The notes beneath the pieces were generated by a model, which did no database searches, had not been told where the DNA came from, and was given only the letters and a program-made list of their open reading frames with translations. Source: the human T2T-CHM13v2.0 reference genome, Homo sapiens. From it: DNA of 64,000 bases. Positions 41,920 through 57,528 of this stretch are shown in pieces. The translations under genes and the position numbers were made by a program. How positions within the stretch are numbered: the stretch's first letter is position 1; each line of letters starts with the position of its first letter. The stretch is from NCBI RefSeq assembly GCF_009914755.1, contig NC_060935.1, one strand, 5' to 3'.

Positions 41920-42999
41920 TCGAAGTATTGAGATGCCAGATTACCAGGCAAACGTATGTACTTCTTGGTGGTTCTGGTTGGTCTTTGGAAGAGTAATTCC
42001 AAATGAAAGTTATTGAGCACAGAGTCTTACATATGATATTGGTTCTCAGAACACAAAATAAGTTTCAATCTATAACTGTCTCCTTGAAATAGAAGGAAAA
42101 CTTTTTTACTTTTTTGGTTCCCTTGAAGAAGAGAGGACCCAACTAGATTTCTCAAATTCTTCCATACAAAAGTGTTTTTTTGTTCCCTAAATACTTTTGC
42201 TGTTGGAAATAAAGAACTCAGCTGACTAAGTCCTTCAGCAAATGTTCTAAATACTTAATTTGGGCCAACACCTTGTCCTGGGATTGGCCTGTTAACCTTT
42301 CACCCTTTACCCAGCCTGCCATGGGGAAGTGATCCTCTTTGAATCCTCTCCAGGCAAGGCCCACAACATAGGATGCTTAAATCTATTTAACCTGGGGATT
42401 TGGGGAGGCAGCTTTTCCACACCACATTGTTCATCACTGCCATTTGTTTTCTGTAGTTCCTCTCAATTAACTGGCCAAGGCTTTGAAAACCATGTGATTT
42501 TAATGCCTTGTAGCCCATTCCTCTGTTCCCAGTGGAGAGAAACAAGAGCAGGCTCATGACATTTTACAAGGTGTCATCATGTTTACATATTCACACATAT
42601 TCCATAAAGAAATAGTATCCCACATATTGTGACATATGTAAATAATAACAGCAGACATCTGTAACATTCTTTAGATAGATGAACTGTGTTACAATTTCCT
42701 TAGCTTGTCACAACAAACCCAGGGAGTAGGTGTCAATTATCAACACCCAGTTTAGAGATGAGAAGTCTGAAGTTGAGGAAGGTAAAGGACATTTCAAAAA
42801 TAGCTCAGTTAGATAAAACTAGCTTATTGCTTGTTTTCATTTGTTCTTCCATTTGAGTAATAAGCTTTTCAATTTAAATAATTTGACTTTTTACTCAATT
42901 CTTTCTTATCAAAAAATGACAACTAACTAAGGCAAGTAAAGACTTATCACAAGTCTACTGTTCTCACAGTATAGGATTGCCACAACACAGAAAATTTTT

Positions 43000-43620
43000 T
43001 TAAGTAAATAAAACAATGGAGCCAAATAGAAAATCTAAAGATCGTGTGCAAGTGAGAACTTAAAATATGAGATATGGCATTATAATTCAATACAAATAGA
43101 TGGCCCATTATAGAAATGGTACTGGCTCTCCACCTGGAAGAAAAAGACTTCCTAACTCATATCCTATGTAAAAGTAACAGATTGATAAAATATTTCAGTG
43201 TGTTAAAAATAGAATTAAAAAATTTTAAAAATATTTGTAGAAACATTTTATGTGAGAGACCTTCTTAATCTAAACAGGAAACCTAGAAGCCATGAAGGAA
43301 TAGAAGTGTTTTTTTTTAATATGGCAAAATATACAATGACAAAATCAAAGTGGTAGCCTAGAAAAAAATATGAAATATATGACAAATGAAAACAATATCT
43401 GTACTATGCTAGGTGCTCCTACAAATTTTAACAGGCAAACTATAGGACTGGATAAATAACATAAACAAGAAACTCACATAAGAGGAAATCTAAAAGTCCT
43501 AAAACACATGAAAAGAGACTTAACCTCAGTAGTGAGGGACATGCCAAATATAGTAATGATGTGGTACCATCTTATGCCATCAAATTGGCCAAAAACAAAA
43601 ATAGCGATGTCACTGTTAAT
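43000..43620 (+). mobile_element. Old L1M (ME-like) fragment
   Basis: aaacaatgga...aaatagaaaatc; aaacacatgaaaaga...aacctcagtagt; taccatcttatgccatcaaattgg. Confidence 0.6.
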
Positions 43621-44552
43621 TGGAGAAGATGCTAGGATTTATCCATTTTAAAGGCCTAAGTGCACCACATTTAATCATTTGAGCATCTCAGAAGGGAAGA
43701 ATCATAAAATCATAAAATGTGAGTGTCTGAATGGATTACAAAGTCTTAGTCCATTCATCCAGTTTTTCTAGCTAGAAAAACTGTGACCTGGAGAAGTTTT
43801 ATGATGTTTTACTCAGGCCACATGGCAAGAAGGCTCAGCTGAGGTCATCACATCCAAAGGATTGTCTTAGCATCTTTTTACAAACTTACTTTTTTGTGCT
43901 TTATAAAGGAATTGAGTTCAGGCAGAATTTGCCTTGCTTTGACAGAAAAAAAATACTCTTAATCCCAAACACAACACAAAGACATCTTTCAGAAATGTAC
44001 TCATGTGTTGAGCATGAATCAATTATTGCAATGACAAATGCAAATTTCCCTGAAAAAATGTGTCATCTGTTGGACCAATTCATAGATGAATCTTACTGCA
44101 CAGTGTTCATAAGCTTGTGCAAGTCTTATGCAAGCTAGTGAAACAAACAGCAACAACAACAAAAAAACCTACAAATTATCTGAGGTCTGACAATAAAAAG
44201 AAAGGCTATGAACCACAGGCTTTGCCTTTCCACTGATCTGTGTTTGGGGGAATTGTTTTGGGAAGAAGAGGTGGTATTTTGTTTTTAGTATGATGACAAT
44301 AGCGATCCCTTCCATCCCTTGAAAACGCCTTTGGAGTTTTCAAAACGGAGTCACGTACATTCTCACTTTGATCCTCACAACAGCCCTGTGATGGAGGCTT
44401 GCAGTTTTCTAAGCAACTCCACTCATGTTTTTCAACTGATCTTCTCTTTTCTTTCAGGCATATTGCCACTCAAAGAGCTATAAGTCTTAAGTGCAAAGAG
44501 TCAGAATAATTCAGAAAGATAAACATAATGGTCAAGTTCTTCTAAAGGAGCT

Positions 44553-44554
<2 letters not shown>

Positions 44555-44593
<39 letters not shown>
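44555..44593. repeat. (GT)19 microsatellite
   Basis: Perfect run. Confidence 0.98.
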
Positions 44594-44594
<1 letters not shown>

Positions 44595-45876
44595 CAGAAT
44601 GTATTTGTGTGAAGGATAAAGAAATAACAGCTAAATAATGTGAGAGTTGGTTGGTAGAGAATAAGAATACCAATAGTGTATGGGAATAGAATATCTATAG
44701 CAACTGGATTTACTACTGTTTTAAATTTTCTGATTATATGCTCCTCTTAATATAAGGCTAAAGACATTGTAGCTTCAATTTTTGAAAATTTTGATGTTTG
44801 TTGTATGGTGGTAATTGTTGAATCGTTTTCTCAAAAACCAGTATCACCAGCTATGTGATAACATTTGAGACAATATGGACACAATTTTGAGATTATTTTT
44901 TTCCTTTTTCTCTAGCCAGTCTGTCAGCAGGCCTGGATTTGTGACACTTTAGTAAGAATGCTAACAAAATGAGAACTGTGTCAGCTTCTTCAATTTTTTG
45001 TCAAAACATCAAAGGCTCCATCCTGTGGTCCTCTAGAGAGGACGGACTTTATGTATTGTACTGCTAGGACATGCCTTGTATAATCAACAATGTGTTTACT
45101 TAGTAGCCCTCCCTCATTGACTCAGTGGAAAAAATACAAACAGGGAATAAAAATAAAGAATTTCTCACTTCAGATGGTACTGCATCTTGGACTCTGAATT
45201 CTTGAGAAATGTATTGGTTATAATCTCAAGTCTCTTTTGAGAGTGAAAACTGACTTAAGTAGATAAACTGCTGGCCTGGAAAGCAATTTGATTGTTTGAA
45301 AACATTGATCTTCCTTTTGCTCAAAAGCACTTCCTAGGTTGTATGTATGCCTCTTACGTGTATTTAATTTAATAGGTAGATGTTATGGGAATTTTGACCG
45401 GACTTTACGCTTTGTTTTCACATGTAAAATAATACAGATAATGAAGACATTATTTAGCTGAAATTACCTAGACCAGTACTGCAATGATAGAAATGTTACT
45501 TCCACTGACTGCAACTAAAACCCTAGACAAAATGCATAAAGCAACTCTCAGAGGATTCTGGAAGGTACACTGCGTGAAGAACTCTGTGCTTGAGGGACAA
45601 ACCAGAAGTTAATTTCCTGGGTTGCTTTTCCTTCCTATACATCCTGTCTCAGGCTCCAGGGAAGCCTGAAACCTAGAATTACATGTGGTTATGGACAGAA
45701 AAAGCTTGAGAAATCCCATGCTCTCTAGCCACAGGACCTGCAAGATGCAGGGGAATGTTACAATATGAAGGTCTTTTGACTTTTTCTGGCCCACTCCAGG
45801 TGAGAGTCAGCAAGGAAACAGCAAGCCTGTTCTCCCTATCAGTGGCAGCAGCAGCACTGAAAGTAACCAACCCCTT

Positions 45877-46482
45877 GACTGGGCACAGTGTCTCACACCT
45901 GTAATCCCAGCACTTTGGGAGGCCGAGGAGGTAGGATCACTTGAGATCAGGAATTCGAAACCGGCCTGCCCATCATAGCAAGATGTCATCTCCACAAAAA
46001 ATTAGCTAGGTGCAGGGGTGGATGCCTGTAGTCTTAGCTACTTGGGAAGTTGAGGCAGGAGGATCTCTTCAGCCCAGGAGTTCAAAGCTGCAGTGAGTTT
46101 CCTTCCTTCCTTCCTTCCTTCTTCCTTTTTGCCTCTCTGCCTCTCTTTCTCTCTTTTTGAGGTAGAGTTTTGCTTTTATTGGCCAGACTGGAGTGCAATG
46201 GTGCAATCTCAGCTCACTGCAACCTCTGCCTCCCAGAGGTGATTCTCCTGACTCAGCCTCCCAAGTAGCTGGGATAACAGGCATACACCACCATGCCCAG
46301 CTAATTTTGTATTTTTAGTACAGACAGAGTTTCACTATGTTGGTCAGGCTGGTTTCAAACTCCTAACCTCAGGTGATCCACTGGCCTCAGCATCCCAAAG
46401 TGCTGGGGTTACAGGCACGAGCCACCGTGCCTGCCAGTGAAGTGAATTATGATTGGGCCACTGCACAAAGCAAGAACTTATG
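45877..46482 (+). mobile_element. AluJ split by an antisense Alu
   Basis: Breaks at gctgcagtgag (46097) and resumes agtgaattatgattgggccactgcac (~46441). Confidence 0.9.
46098..46435 (-). mobile_element. AluSq-like nested in AluJ
   Basis: Full dimer with (TTCC)n tail. Confidence 0.9.
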
Positions 46483-46579
<97 letters not shown>

Positions 46580-46648
46580 GAAAGAGGAGAGGAGAAAGAA
46601 AAGAAGGAAAGAATGAAAGAAAAAAGATGGAAGGAGAGAGGGGAAAAA
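46483..46648. repeat. Compound (AG)n(AAAG)16 STR and GA-rich tract
   Basis: (AAAG)16 at 46515-46578. Confidence 0.95.
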
Positions 46649-46735
46649 GTGACCTCTGTTGGGTAAAGCCCTTGGGATTCTACCCACCCTAGCAATGAAA
46701 GGTGTCAACCTAAATAACAGAGAGAGGCTCTCTAA

Positions 46736-47108
<373 letters not shown>

Positions 47109-47124
47109 AGACAAAAGGTTTTTT

Positions 47125-48272
<1,148 letters not shown>

Positions 48273-51200
48273 CAGACAAAGGTTTTTAAAGGAGAAAAAG
48301 AAGGAGGATTACATAATTGTTTGGAAATAATTATCCTTGGCTATGAAGATCAGTAACAAGGGTGACTCCAATCCAAGGTTGGACAGGCAGTTGCTGGGCA
48401 GATGTCCTTGCAGAAGTATTTTTTTGGTGTAAGGTTACGATGGCCTTTGTGCAAGGTTGTGGTTTTTGTAGTTTTTTTCATGATCAGGCATACAAGTAAA
48501 ACCCGCTCTTCATGGCTTTCTCTGGCTCTATTCATCAGGGTTTTCTTAACATTATTGACTCCATTTATATTGTGACAACTTTCACAAGGGGCAGGCCTTC
48601 CCCAACATAGGCATGGTGGAGGTGGCCATTACAGCGCTGAGTCCTTGTAAGTCTCCTACATGCTCCAGGTGAGAGCATTAGCAACAGAGGGGAATTGTTG
48701 AGGTACCCCTTCTGCTGTGGTCAGTGATTCAAGATGGTTGTATCTTGCCTGAGTTGAGAAGGCTGAATCCTTTATCCCACCCTATACTGCCAACAAAGGA
48801 AAAGGATGCAATATAGAACAGAAAATACTTTTAGAATTTGGGCATAATCATGGAACCAGGGAAGCCTGACCCTCCTTATTTTCCCAAACATCTATGCCGT
48901 GTACTCCCTATCTGACCCTATTGTAGGCAGCCATCCACTGGGATGCAGCCTGGAGGCAAGAGAAACATCAGCTGTGTTTTACCTCTCCGGCTATTGTTTT
49001 GCTCAGCAGAGGCTAAGAAGCACTTAATGATCAGAGTGGGAAAAGGTTAGCAAGACAAGACTGTTGCTAAGAGACGGAAACCCCAAGGCTGGAGTCTACA
49101 TTCAAGAATCATAAACCAAGATTTCTGGCTTTGGACATTAGCCCACCATCCCTGACACCTGACATAGTGCTAACAGTCTAGCATCTGACTTGAGGTTTTA
49201 AGGGTTGGTATTGCCAGAGAAGCCCCAAGCTTGCAAAATAACGTCTCGTAATTGATCACCTTCTTTTGCCATCCCTAGACACCAGAACTCAAACCAACAG
49301 AAAGAGAACTGCGAAAGCAGCATAGCCTTGAGAATAAGAATTTCCCCAGAATGTCCCTCCCACAAATGGCCATAAAGGTAAAGGACAAAGAGGTTTCTGT
49401 CATTTGCAACCTAAAAGCCTTAACTAATACAAACAGAACTTGGGTTCTCTCTTTTCCTGGCTAGGCTGGTTTCAAGAAGCATTGGGTACGTACCCCACCC
49501 ATATCTGCACAACCTGGAGATCCTCTCCTTGGATTATCCTTCCAAATCTACCCCAGTTCCAAGGGAAGAATTGAAAGCAGAGTAGAAGGGAGGCCTTATT
49601 TCCTTTGGACTCAGCTGACATGTTGGTGCTCTAAGCTTGGCCTGGCACCTTTCTCCCACCCTAAGAAATACTCTAGCTTTGATAAACTTAATCACCACTG
49701 ATGGCATTTTCGTTATTATCTGTTAAAATGAAAATTTGAACTAGATGAGTGTTCGACTTTTTTCCAGATTCCTCTGGGATATGGAACGTGGGCATCTCTG
49801 TAATAGAAGTGCCCCTATTTGAGGAACCAGGACATCTGAATTGGGTTCTCTAATTCCCCGGCATAGGACTCTACATATAGTAGGTTTCTATTCCATATAG
49901 TGACTATTCCATTGATTGGTAATCTGGGTCAGCCAACACAGTTAAACCTTTCTCCGTATAGGTCCATTTTGCCTTACTGTTCTTGCCTTGGGCTGTTGTA
50001 GTCTTTTGATGAAGGTCTTAAATTAACAAGCTCATTTTACATCTAGAACTAAGACAACCCTTCCTCTTCTCCCCATTCTAAATGAGAGCAGTTTCATCCC
50101 TATCACTCTAAGATCCCTTGCCCCTAAAAGCTCAGATACCAATTAGCCTCCAGTGGAGATTAATAAACAATACAATAATGACAGATAAAAAGACTAATTC
50201 TTTGGCCAAGAGAATCATTTTAATTAATTTAATCCCGGCTGAAAGATCAGCTGTGCTCAGGCCTGCTCACCAGCAGGGCCCATTTATCCCAGTCTGCTCC
50301 TGCCTTGAAAGCCAGAGTGTGCTTGGGAGCTGGCACTTAAGCAACAATGAGAAACAGATTGTACTGTCAGGCTTCATTAAAGGTCATCATTAGTATTCCA
50401 ATTTGAAGACGGTCGCTCTAGCTCAACCTTTTACCAATTCTTCCCTGGCACATTGTGAAGTTTGGTTCAGCTGTGAAACGTAAAAATTCTCCCTGGGCTC
50501 CCCCATGGCAGAGGATGGGTATCATTTGATGCCTGTCGCTCTGCAGCTTAAAGGGTAAATCCCCAGGGAAGTGACGGTCCCGGGATTCTATTTGAAAATC
50601 AAGACATGTGCAGCTGCCTGGGATTCAGATATTTGCAAGGAACGGAACTTTCTAGGACTTAGCCATAGCAGTCAGAAATAGGATGGCTTTGTCATCTTCC
50701 CCAGAAGCTAATTTCAACTTGCAAAAGAGCTGAAAAGGATTTTTTAGTGGAACCCTAGCTAGTGACAAACAGGAATCATCATCAAAGTGGGACATTGTTC
50801 TGGGCCAAAGGCTCAACAGAAGGACCAGCAACTACCCTTGTATCTTTTAAAGCCAACGACCCTCAGAGCACAATTCCTGCTGGCATTAGGGAGACAGTTT
50901 TCAGCCTACTCCGCACAGGATATGAAATTTTAATTTGCTTTTTCTACAAACTGTCAATTTTAACTACTTTCCCTCTGCTGATGCAATTTTTGTTTTTGTT
51001 TGTGCAAGGAGGTAAATTTTTACACACTTTTAATCCTTTTTCCTAGTAGGTAGAGCAACAGCCTAGTCTTTTGTGTCTGCTTTTGGAATTGGGTCATCTC
51101 TGCTGGGTATACTCTACCACCATTCTTTTCTGACTTATTCCTGTTGGGTCTTTTTGTTTGTTATTCTTTCAACTCCCATCATGCTTGTCTCATACTTTAT

Positions 51201-51289
51201 CTGGTGCTAGGTCATGCTGTTTCTTTTAAGAACTGATGTATCTTTTGCACTGGATTCTAATCTCCAAATGAATATGCCCCCAGGATCAA

Positions 51290-51470
51290 TCTCTTTCTTT
51301 ATTTTTTTCCTTCCTTCCTTCCTTCTTTCCTCCTTTTTTCCTTCCCCTCCCTCCCTCCCTTCCTTTTTTTCTTCCTCTCTCTCTCTTCCTTCCTTCCTTC
51401 TTCCTCTTCCTCTTCTTCTCTTTCTTCTTCTTTCTCACCTTCTTCTCTTTCCTTCTTTCTTTTTTCACTT
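51290..51470. repeat. CT-rich low-complexity tract
   Basis: Near-pure polypyrimidine, ~180 bp. Confidence 0.95.
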
Positions 51471-52002
51471 TGTCATTGTCCAGGTTGGTAAGCAATGTCT
51501 AGAAAAGATAAAGTTAAAATATTCATAGAAAATCAATGAAAAACTTGCATGTTAACCACACAGTACCTTATAAACCCCAAACACCTGATACCCAGAGTGA
51601 TATGTTACTAATGACAAGGTCTCAGCGGGAGGGCATTTTAACAAAATCAAGAAGAAAACTAATTTTTAATCTAATTGTGTTTCTAAATGAGCCAAATTAA
51701 GACTAAATGTACTTTGCTGCAATTGTTTCTGTTTATTTCCTGAAACTGTATATTTTGAATGGTCTAGTGTCAGGCTAGATAAAAAGATAAAATCTTACCC
51801 AACATTCACAGATCCACTGGTGAACTGCACCGTGTTCTTCCAAGCTCTGCCCAGGTCAGTGTTTCCTTATGGCTTTCTTTGACTCCCCGCTACTCCCCAG
51901 TTAAAAGCAATGGCAGCCTCATCTGTGTCCTATAGCTCTAAATATATAAAAAAATTGCTATCTTGGATAATAACAATTTTGACATGTTATTCTACTTGCT
52001 TG

Positions 52003-52628
52003 TGTAGGCGCCAAGGGAAAACTTCCTCATTATCTTCTGAAAGTTCACTGAAAATCACAGACAAAAGGCAGATTAAAAGGAGAAAAGACACAGAAATGTA
52101 TTTGATCATAGTTTTGCATGATGTGGGAGCCTTCAGAATAAAGACCCAAAGATACAAAGGAATGGCCCATTTTTATACTTAAGTTCAATGAAGTGTAGAT
52201 AACCCTGTAGAAATATGATAGGCAAAAAGGGTATGATTGAATGCTAATGGACCGAGTAGGCAAACCCAGCAAGGTGAGTCTATCTAGGTTATTCTTGGCC
52301 TCTCTGTGCAGCTTTCCTTCCTCCCAGGTATGGGGCAGGACTCTCTGTGGAATGGAAGTCTTATGACCTACGCTCAAGTAAGGTCAGTCAGATGATTTCC
52401 TTATGGCCAGTTTTTACACAGAAGAAAAGAGAAAATTAGAGTAATATTTTTAGGTTTTACGGCTGGCTCTGGGGAAAAGGGTTCTGGTTTCTATGAGCTG
52501 CCTTAGGGAGCAGGGATTCTAGTTTCTATGGCGGGCCTTGGGGTAGAATGGGAGGCCAGGGCAGGAGAAAGTAAGAGAGAGCTGCTTCTGAGATCTTCAT
52601 TTTGGGGTGAGTTTTCTGAGCCTCAGCC
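52003..52628 (-). mobile_element. ERV1 solo LTR, MER39-like
   Basis: tgtagg...agggaaaacttcc; ctgcttctgagatcttcattttggggt...ttttctgagcctcagc. Confidence 0.8.
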
Positions 52629-52753
52629 TTTGCTTATGTGTCTGTGAGTACCCTCCAAGCAAGGACGGTTTTTTGTTGTTATTTCTTTTTTTTTTTAATT
52701 CATGTATCTCTAGCACATGGCCTGTTACAGGAAGAACATTCAATAAAGATTGA

Positions 52754-53264
<511 letters not shown>

Positions 53265-53759
53265 CTAATAAATTATTTTTTCCCTAATATAGTCAGAGTC
53301 TGTTTTTGTTGCTGTGATAAAAAATCCTAATGGTTCACCTTCCACCTGCCTCTCCCTCTATAGATTCCACTGAGAAGATAACGGTGTATATGTCAAGTGT
53401 CTGAAGGGAAGCATACAGGAAAAAGGGACTTGAGCTAAACACTATGTTTATAGAGTCTCAGACCTGAATTTCTCTTTGAGTGCCTCTAGTATAAGAATGA
53501 AGGGACTTGGGCTTTAACCAAGTAATTAGCTAATGCCCTATAATCATAGGCTTGTGACTGAAAAACCTGGGATAAATGATGTCCTCTCAGCTTCTTCCTC
53601 TTTCTGGGCTATCCAATGATTCCCCATCTTTAATGTGCCTAACAGTCACCTGGAATCGTGTCAAAAGATTCCTGGACACCCACTCCCCAGCCCCATACTC
53701 CAAGATTCTGATTTAAGAGGACATTCTGATAAGGGTGATAAATGCTTTGAATAACACTA

Positions 53760-53972
53760 GAAGTCAGCCTGAGGATAAAGCCATTATACAGAGAAAAAAA
53801 ACAAAAACAAAAAGGACAAACTAGAGAAATTCACAGAGATACAGAGCTCTCATCAAGCTGTGTCTAAAGACCGATCGTCCTATGGATTTCAAAGAGAAGA
53901 CATTCCTTGTATTATTTAAGCCAAACTTAAAATTGGTTGTCTGTTACTTACAACTGAAAGCTTATAACTGAG
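53760..53972 (+). mobile_element. MaLR LTR fragment (MLT1)
   Basis: tttaagcca...tgtctgttacttacaactgaaag...taactga. Confidence 0.55.
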
Positions 53973-55069
53973 AGGAAAATGCCTTCATTTTATACATCAT
54001 ATGATTAGATAATCACAGCCAATCTATGAAGACAGTTTTTGTTGCATCCCCATTTTACAGATGGTGACACCAGCTGCAAAAGCAGGATCTTTGCCTGAAA
54101 CAAACATAATTTATAGACAGATCTGTAGAGGTAGGTCTTGTCATGGTATAGCGACCCTCCATTAAGGAAAATAGGATACTCCTATTCTTACTGGATTTCT
54201 GTTCTACTACCTTCTCAAAGCCTTTACGGAAAACTGGGCCCACCCTGATATTCCTTATGTGGCCACCAAGTATAAACAGATTTAGTGTCACAAATGTATA
54301 ATTTAGTTGTTCTTGAATAGCTTGATGTTTCAATATTTTTTCTCTACTGTGAGTTCCTCAAAGGTGAACACCACATCTTGATTCCCTCACATTCCTCTAG
54401 AAGGTACTCAATCAATAAAAGCTAATTATTGGCTGTCTGAATTAAAACAAAAGGACAGGCGAACCTGGGGTAGAAGAAACTATGGTTCATTCATATGTAT
54501 AACTGGGTTCCAGTAGTTTCTGACACTTGGTTTGTGCTCAATACATTTTTGCCAAATAAATGAATATCACTTGAGCCTTTCTGATACAATGAGACTCCAC
54601 ACCCATGACATTGGAAAATGGGCTCTTTAGTGAAATACTAAAAAACAAACAACAGGATTATGTAGCCTCTCATCTTGCCTTCAAAGAATAGGGTTTTGAA
54701 ACTGGTAGCAATTCAAAGATTTTTGCTGGACACTCTTAACTGCAGGGCTAGTAGCACTAACCATAAAGGTGTATAATCCCAGCTTTCACATAACGGAAGA
54801 TCATCATTGCTGCCTGGTTGTACAGTACAGAGCTAAAACTACAGTATAGTCAATGAAAGTTACAGCATACTCAGACCACAGGTTAGGGCCCATATGTCAA
54901 AAGGATTTTTTAAATTAAGGAATCCAACCACTGCTGCAAACAAAAGATTCAGATTTTAAGTTTTATAATTTGTGCCTGCCATTTTTAATAATATTAATAA
55001 TTAAACAATCTTATATGCTTCCTAGGTCATAAAAACCCAAAAATCTGCCTTTAATTTGGCTTTTCAACA

Positions 55070-55278
55070 TGACGTGGTAGAGCAGAAAGCAATTGCTCTT
55101 AGGCTAGAACACCTGATTCAATTTCTGGCTCCAACACTTGCCTGGTATGGCCTTTATGCAGGTCATAAACCTCTGAGATTCCCTTCCTCTTCTGTAAAAT
55201 GGGAATAACAGTGAAACCCACTCTACAGAGTCATTGTGAATGTACAATTACGCAATATATGATGCAAAAGTATTTTAT
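55070..55278 (+). mobile_element. MIR
   Basis: aacctctgag...tctgtaaaatgggaataacagtgaaacccac. Confidence 0.8.
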
Positions 55279-55588
55279 GGCTGGGGATGGTGGCTCACAC
55301 CTGTAATCCCAGCACTTTGGGAGGCCAAAGCAGAAGGATAACTTGAGCCCAGGAGTTCAGGACCAGCCTGGGCAACATAGTGAGACCCCATCTCTACAAA
55401 AAAATTTTAAATTACCTGGGCTTTGTGGCATGCATCTGTAGTTCCAGCTACTTGGGGGGCTGAGGTGGGAAGATCGCTTGAGACCAGCAGGTTGAGGCTG
55501 CAATGAGCAGTGATACACCATTACACTTAGCCTAGATAACACAGAGAAAGACCCTGCCTCAAAAAGCAAAACAACAACAACAAAACCA
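55279..55588 (+). mobile_element. AluJ
   Basis: J-type sequence; TSD aaaagtattttat / aaaagtgctttgt. Confidence 0.95.
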
Positions 55589-55614
55589 AAAAGTGCTTTG
55601 TATATTAAATATAT

Positions 55615-56100
55615 CATTTAGGGTGATTTAGGTTGCAAGTAAGAGAAAATCCATTTCAAAGTAGCTTAAATATGCAGAAAATGTGTTGGCTTTCATACTT
55701 GATAAGCCATGAGATGGTTTAGGCTTCACCTCTTTTCTCCACACACCTCTCCACCCTGCTCTTCAGTGTGGGTGAACTTATCATTAGGTGGGCTTCAGGC
55801 ATAGTCTTAAGATAGCTGACAGCAGAAGACTGGGCTTTCTCCTTCACATCCTGGAAAAGAGGATGCTTTACGCATCCTTCAAACACAGGTCTGAGTTTCA
55901 CTGTGCTTAGACCAATCCTGAATAATGTCAAAGAAGTAAGGATCAACCAGATTGATTGAGAGCAATCAGAGCCCACCCCAGGACCAAAGTATAACGTCTA
56001 TAACACCCAAAGTGTATGGATGCTAGGCAATGAGTGATGGTTTTCCAAAGGAAAGTTAGAATGAGAAAAAGGAAACAAATGAGGAGAAGGTACAAATCTC
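55615..56100 (-). mobile_element. Old MaLR LTR (MLT1J/K/L-like)
   Basis: ggttgcaagtaagagaaaatcc...agcttaaa...ttggct. Confidence 0.5.
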
Positions 56101-56859
56101 CACTCCATTGCATAAATGGTACAGCTTTGTATTCTGATGGATGTTAGTATCACACCTGAGTTTGGATACACACTTTTTACATCTGTGTTTTTAATCTCCC
56201 TACAGTTTTGCCTTAAGATATTTAAGTGGTTGAACTTATGACATTTACTTCCTTACTTTTTGTTGCCACTTCTCAAATTACTGAGATTATTCCAATGATG
56301 TAAGTCATATTACACATTCTATTTGTAATATATGGAAGAACTTAGAAAACTGCACTATACAAATGGCAGATACTCTCCTTGCTTCTTTGATTTCAATATG
56401 GTCTTTTGAGTTGGGGATGCTGACTACCATGTTAGGATCAGATGATTCTCTGTGTAGTCAAGTTCCTTGCAAACTAGATTCATTCATAAAGGATATGCCT
56501 TATAGTTTCCAAGAAAAACTACTCAGCCTAGCCCTCATTAAACAATGTAGCCTCAGGATTTTCTGAAACAGGTGGTTCACTGTAATTCTTAATAGAATAG
56601 CACTAACCATTTTTGCAACAGCTTAATTTATATGACTTCACAGCTCCCAATATGCTTAAAAAGAATCTAAGCGATGGATGGATGTTGAAATTTTGTAGAT
56701 GTTAGGCCTGGGGATCAGACCCCTGCATAAAGGGTATGTCTAATGTAAACTGAAAACAATCATAACCAAAATCCGTAGCAAAATAAATACTTAAGACCTA
56801 AAGTTTTACTTCTTTCTATACTTCCTAAATATCATGAGACTTAAAAGTCTGCAACTTTA

Positions 56860-57060
56860 CAATTGTTATGTGTTTTTACATATCTTTGTTCATTTGATTC
56901 TCACAACTTCCTTTGAGATAGATTAGTGAAGAATTACTAGCTTCACTGTTCCAATAAGGAAACTGAACCCAAGAAAGATTAAGGAGTTGTCAAAGGTCAA
57001 ATAGGAAGTGTCAAATCCAGGTCTTTTGCTTCCAAGTTCAGTGCTCTTTCTACAACAGCA
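56860..57060 (-). mobile_element. MIR
   Basis: catttgattctcacaac...aggaaactgaacccaag...gtgctctttctacaac. Confidence 0.75.
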
Positions 57061-57170
57061 TGGTGTACACATTTGGAAGTTTGTGGAGACTACTACAAAA
57101 ATATCAGATTCACTTTGGGCTCTGGGAAAGAACTTAAACATCTGTGTTAGTAAACTCTTGAAATCAATTA

Positions 57171-57528
<358 letters not shown>

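Noticed and set aside
46447-46708. K/E/R-rich and S/F/L-rich ORFs (also 51214-51528)
   Set aside because: Translations of simple repeats.
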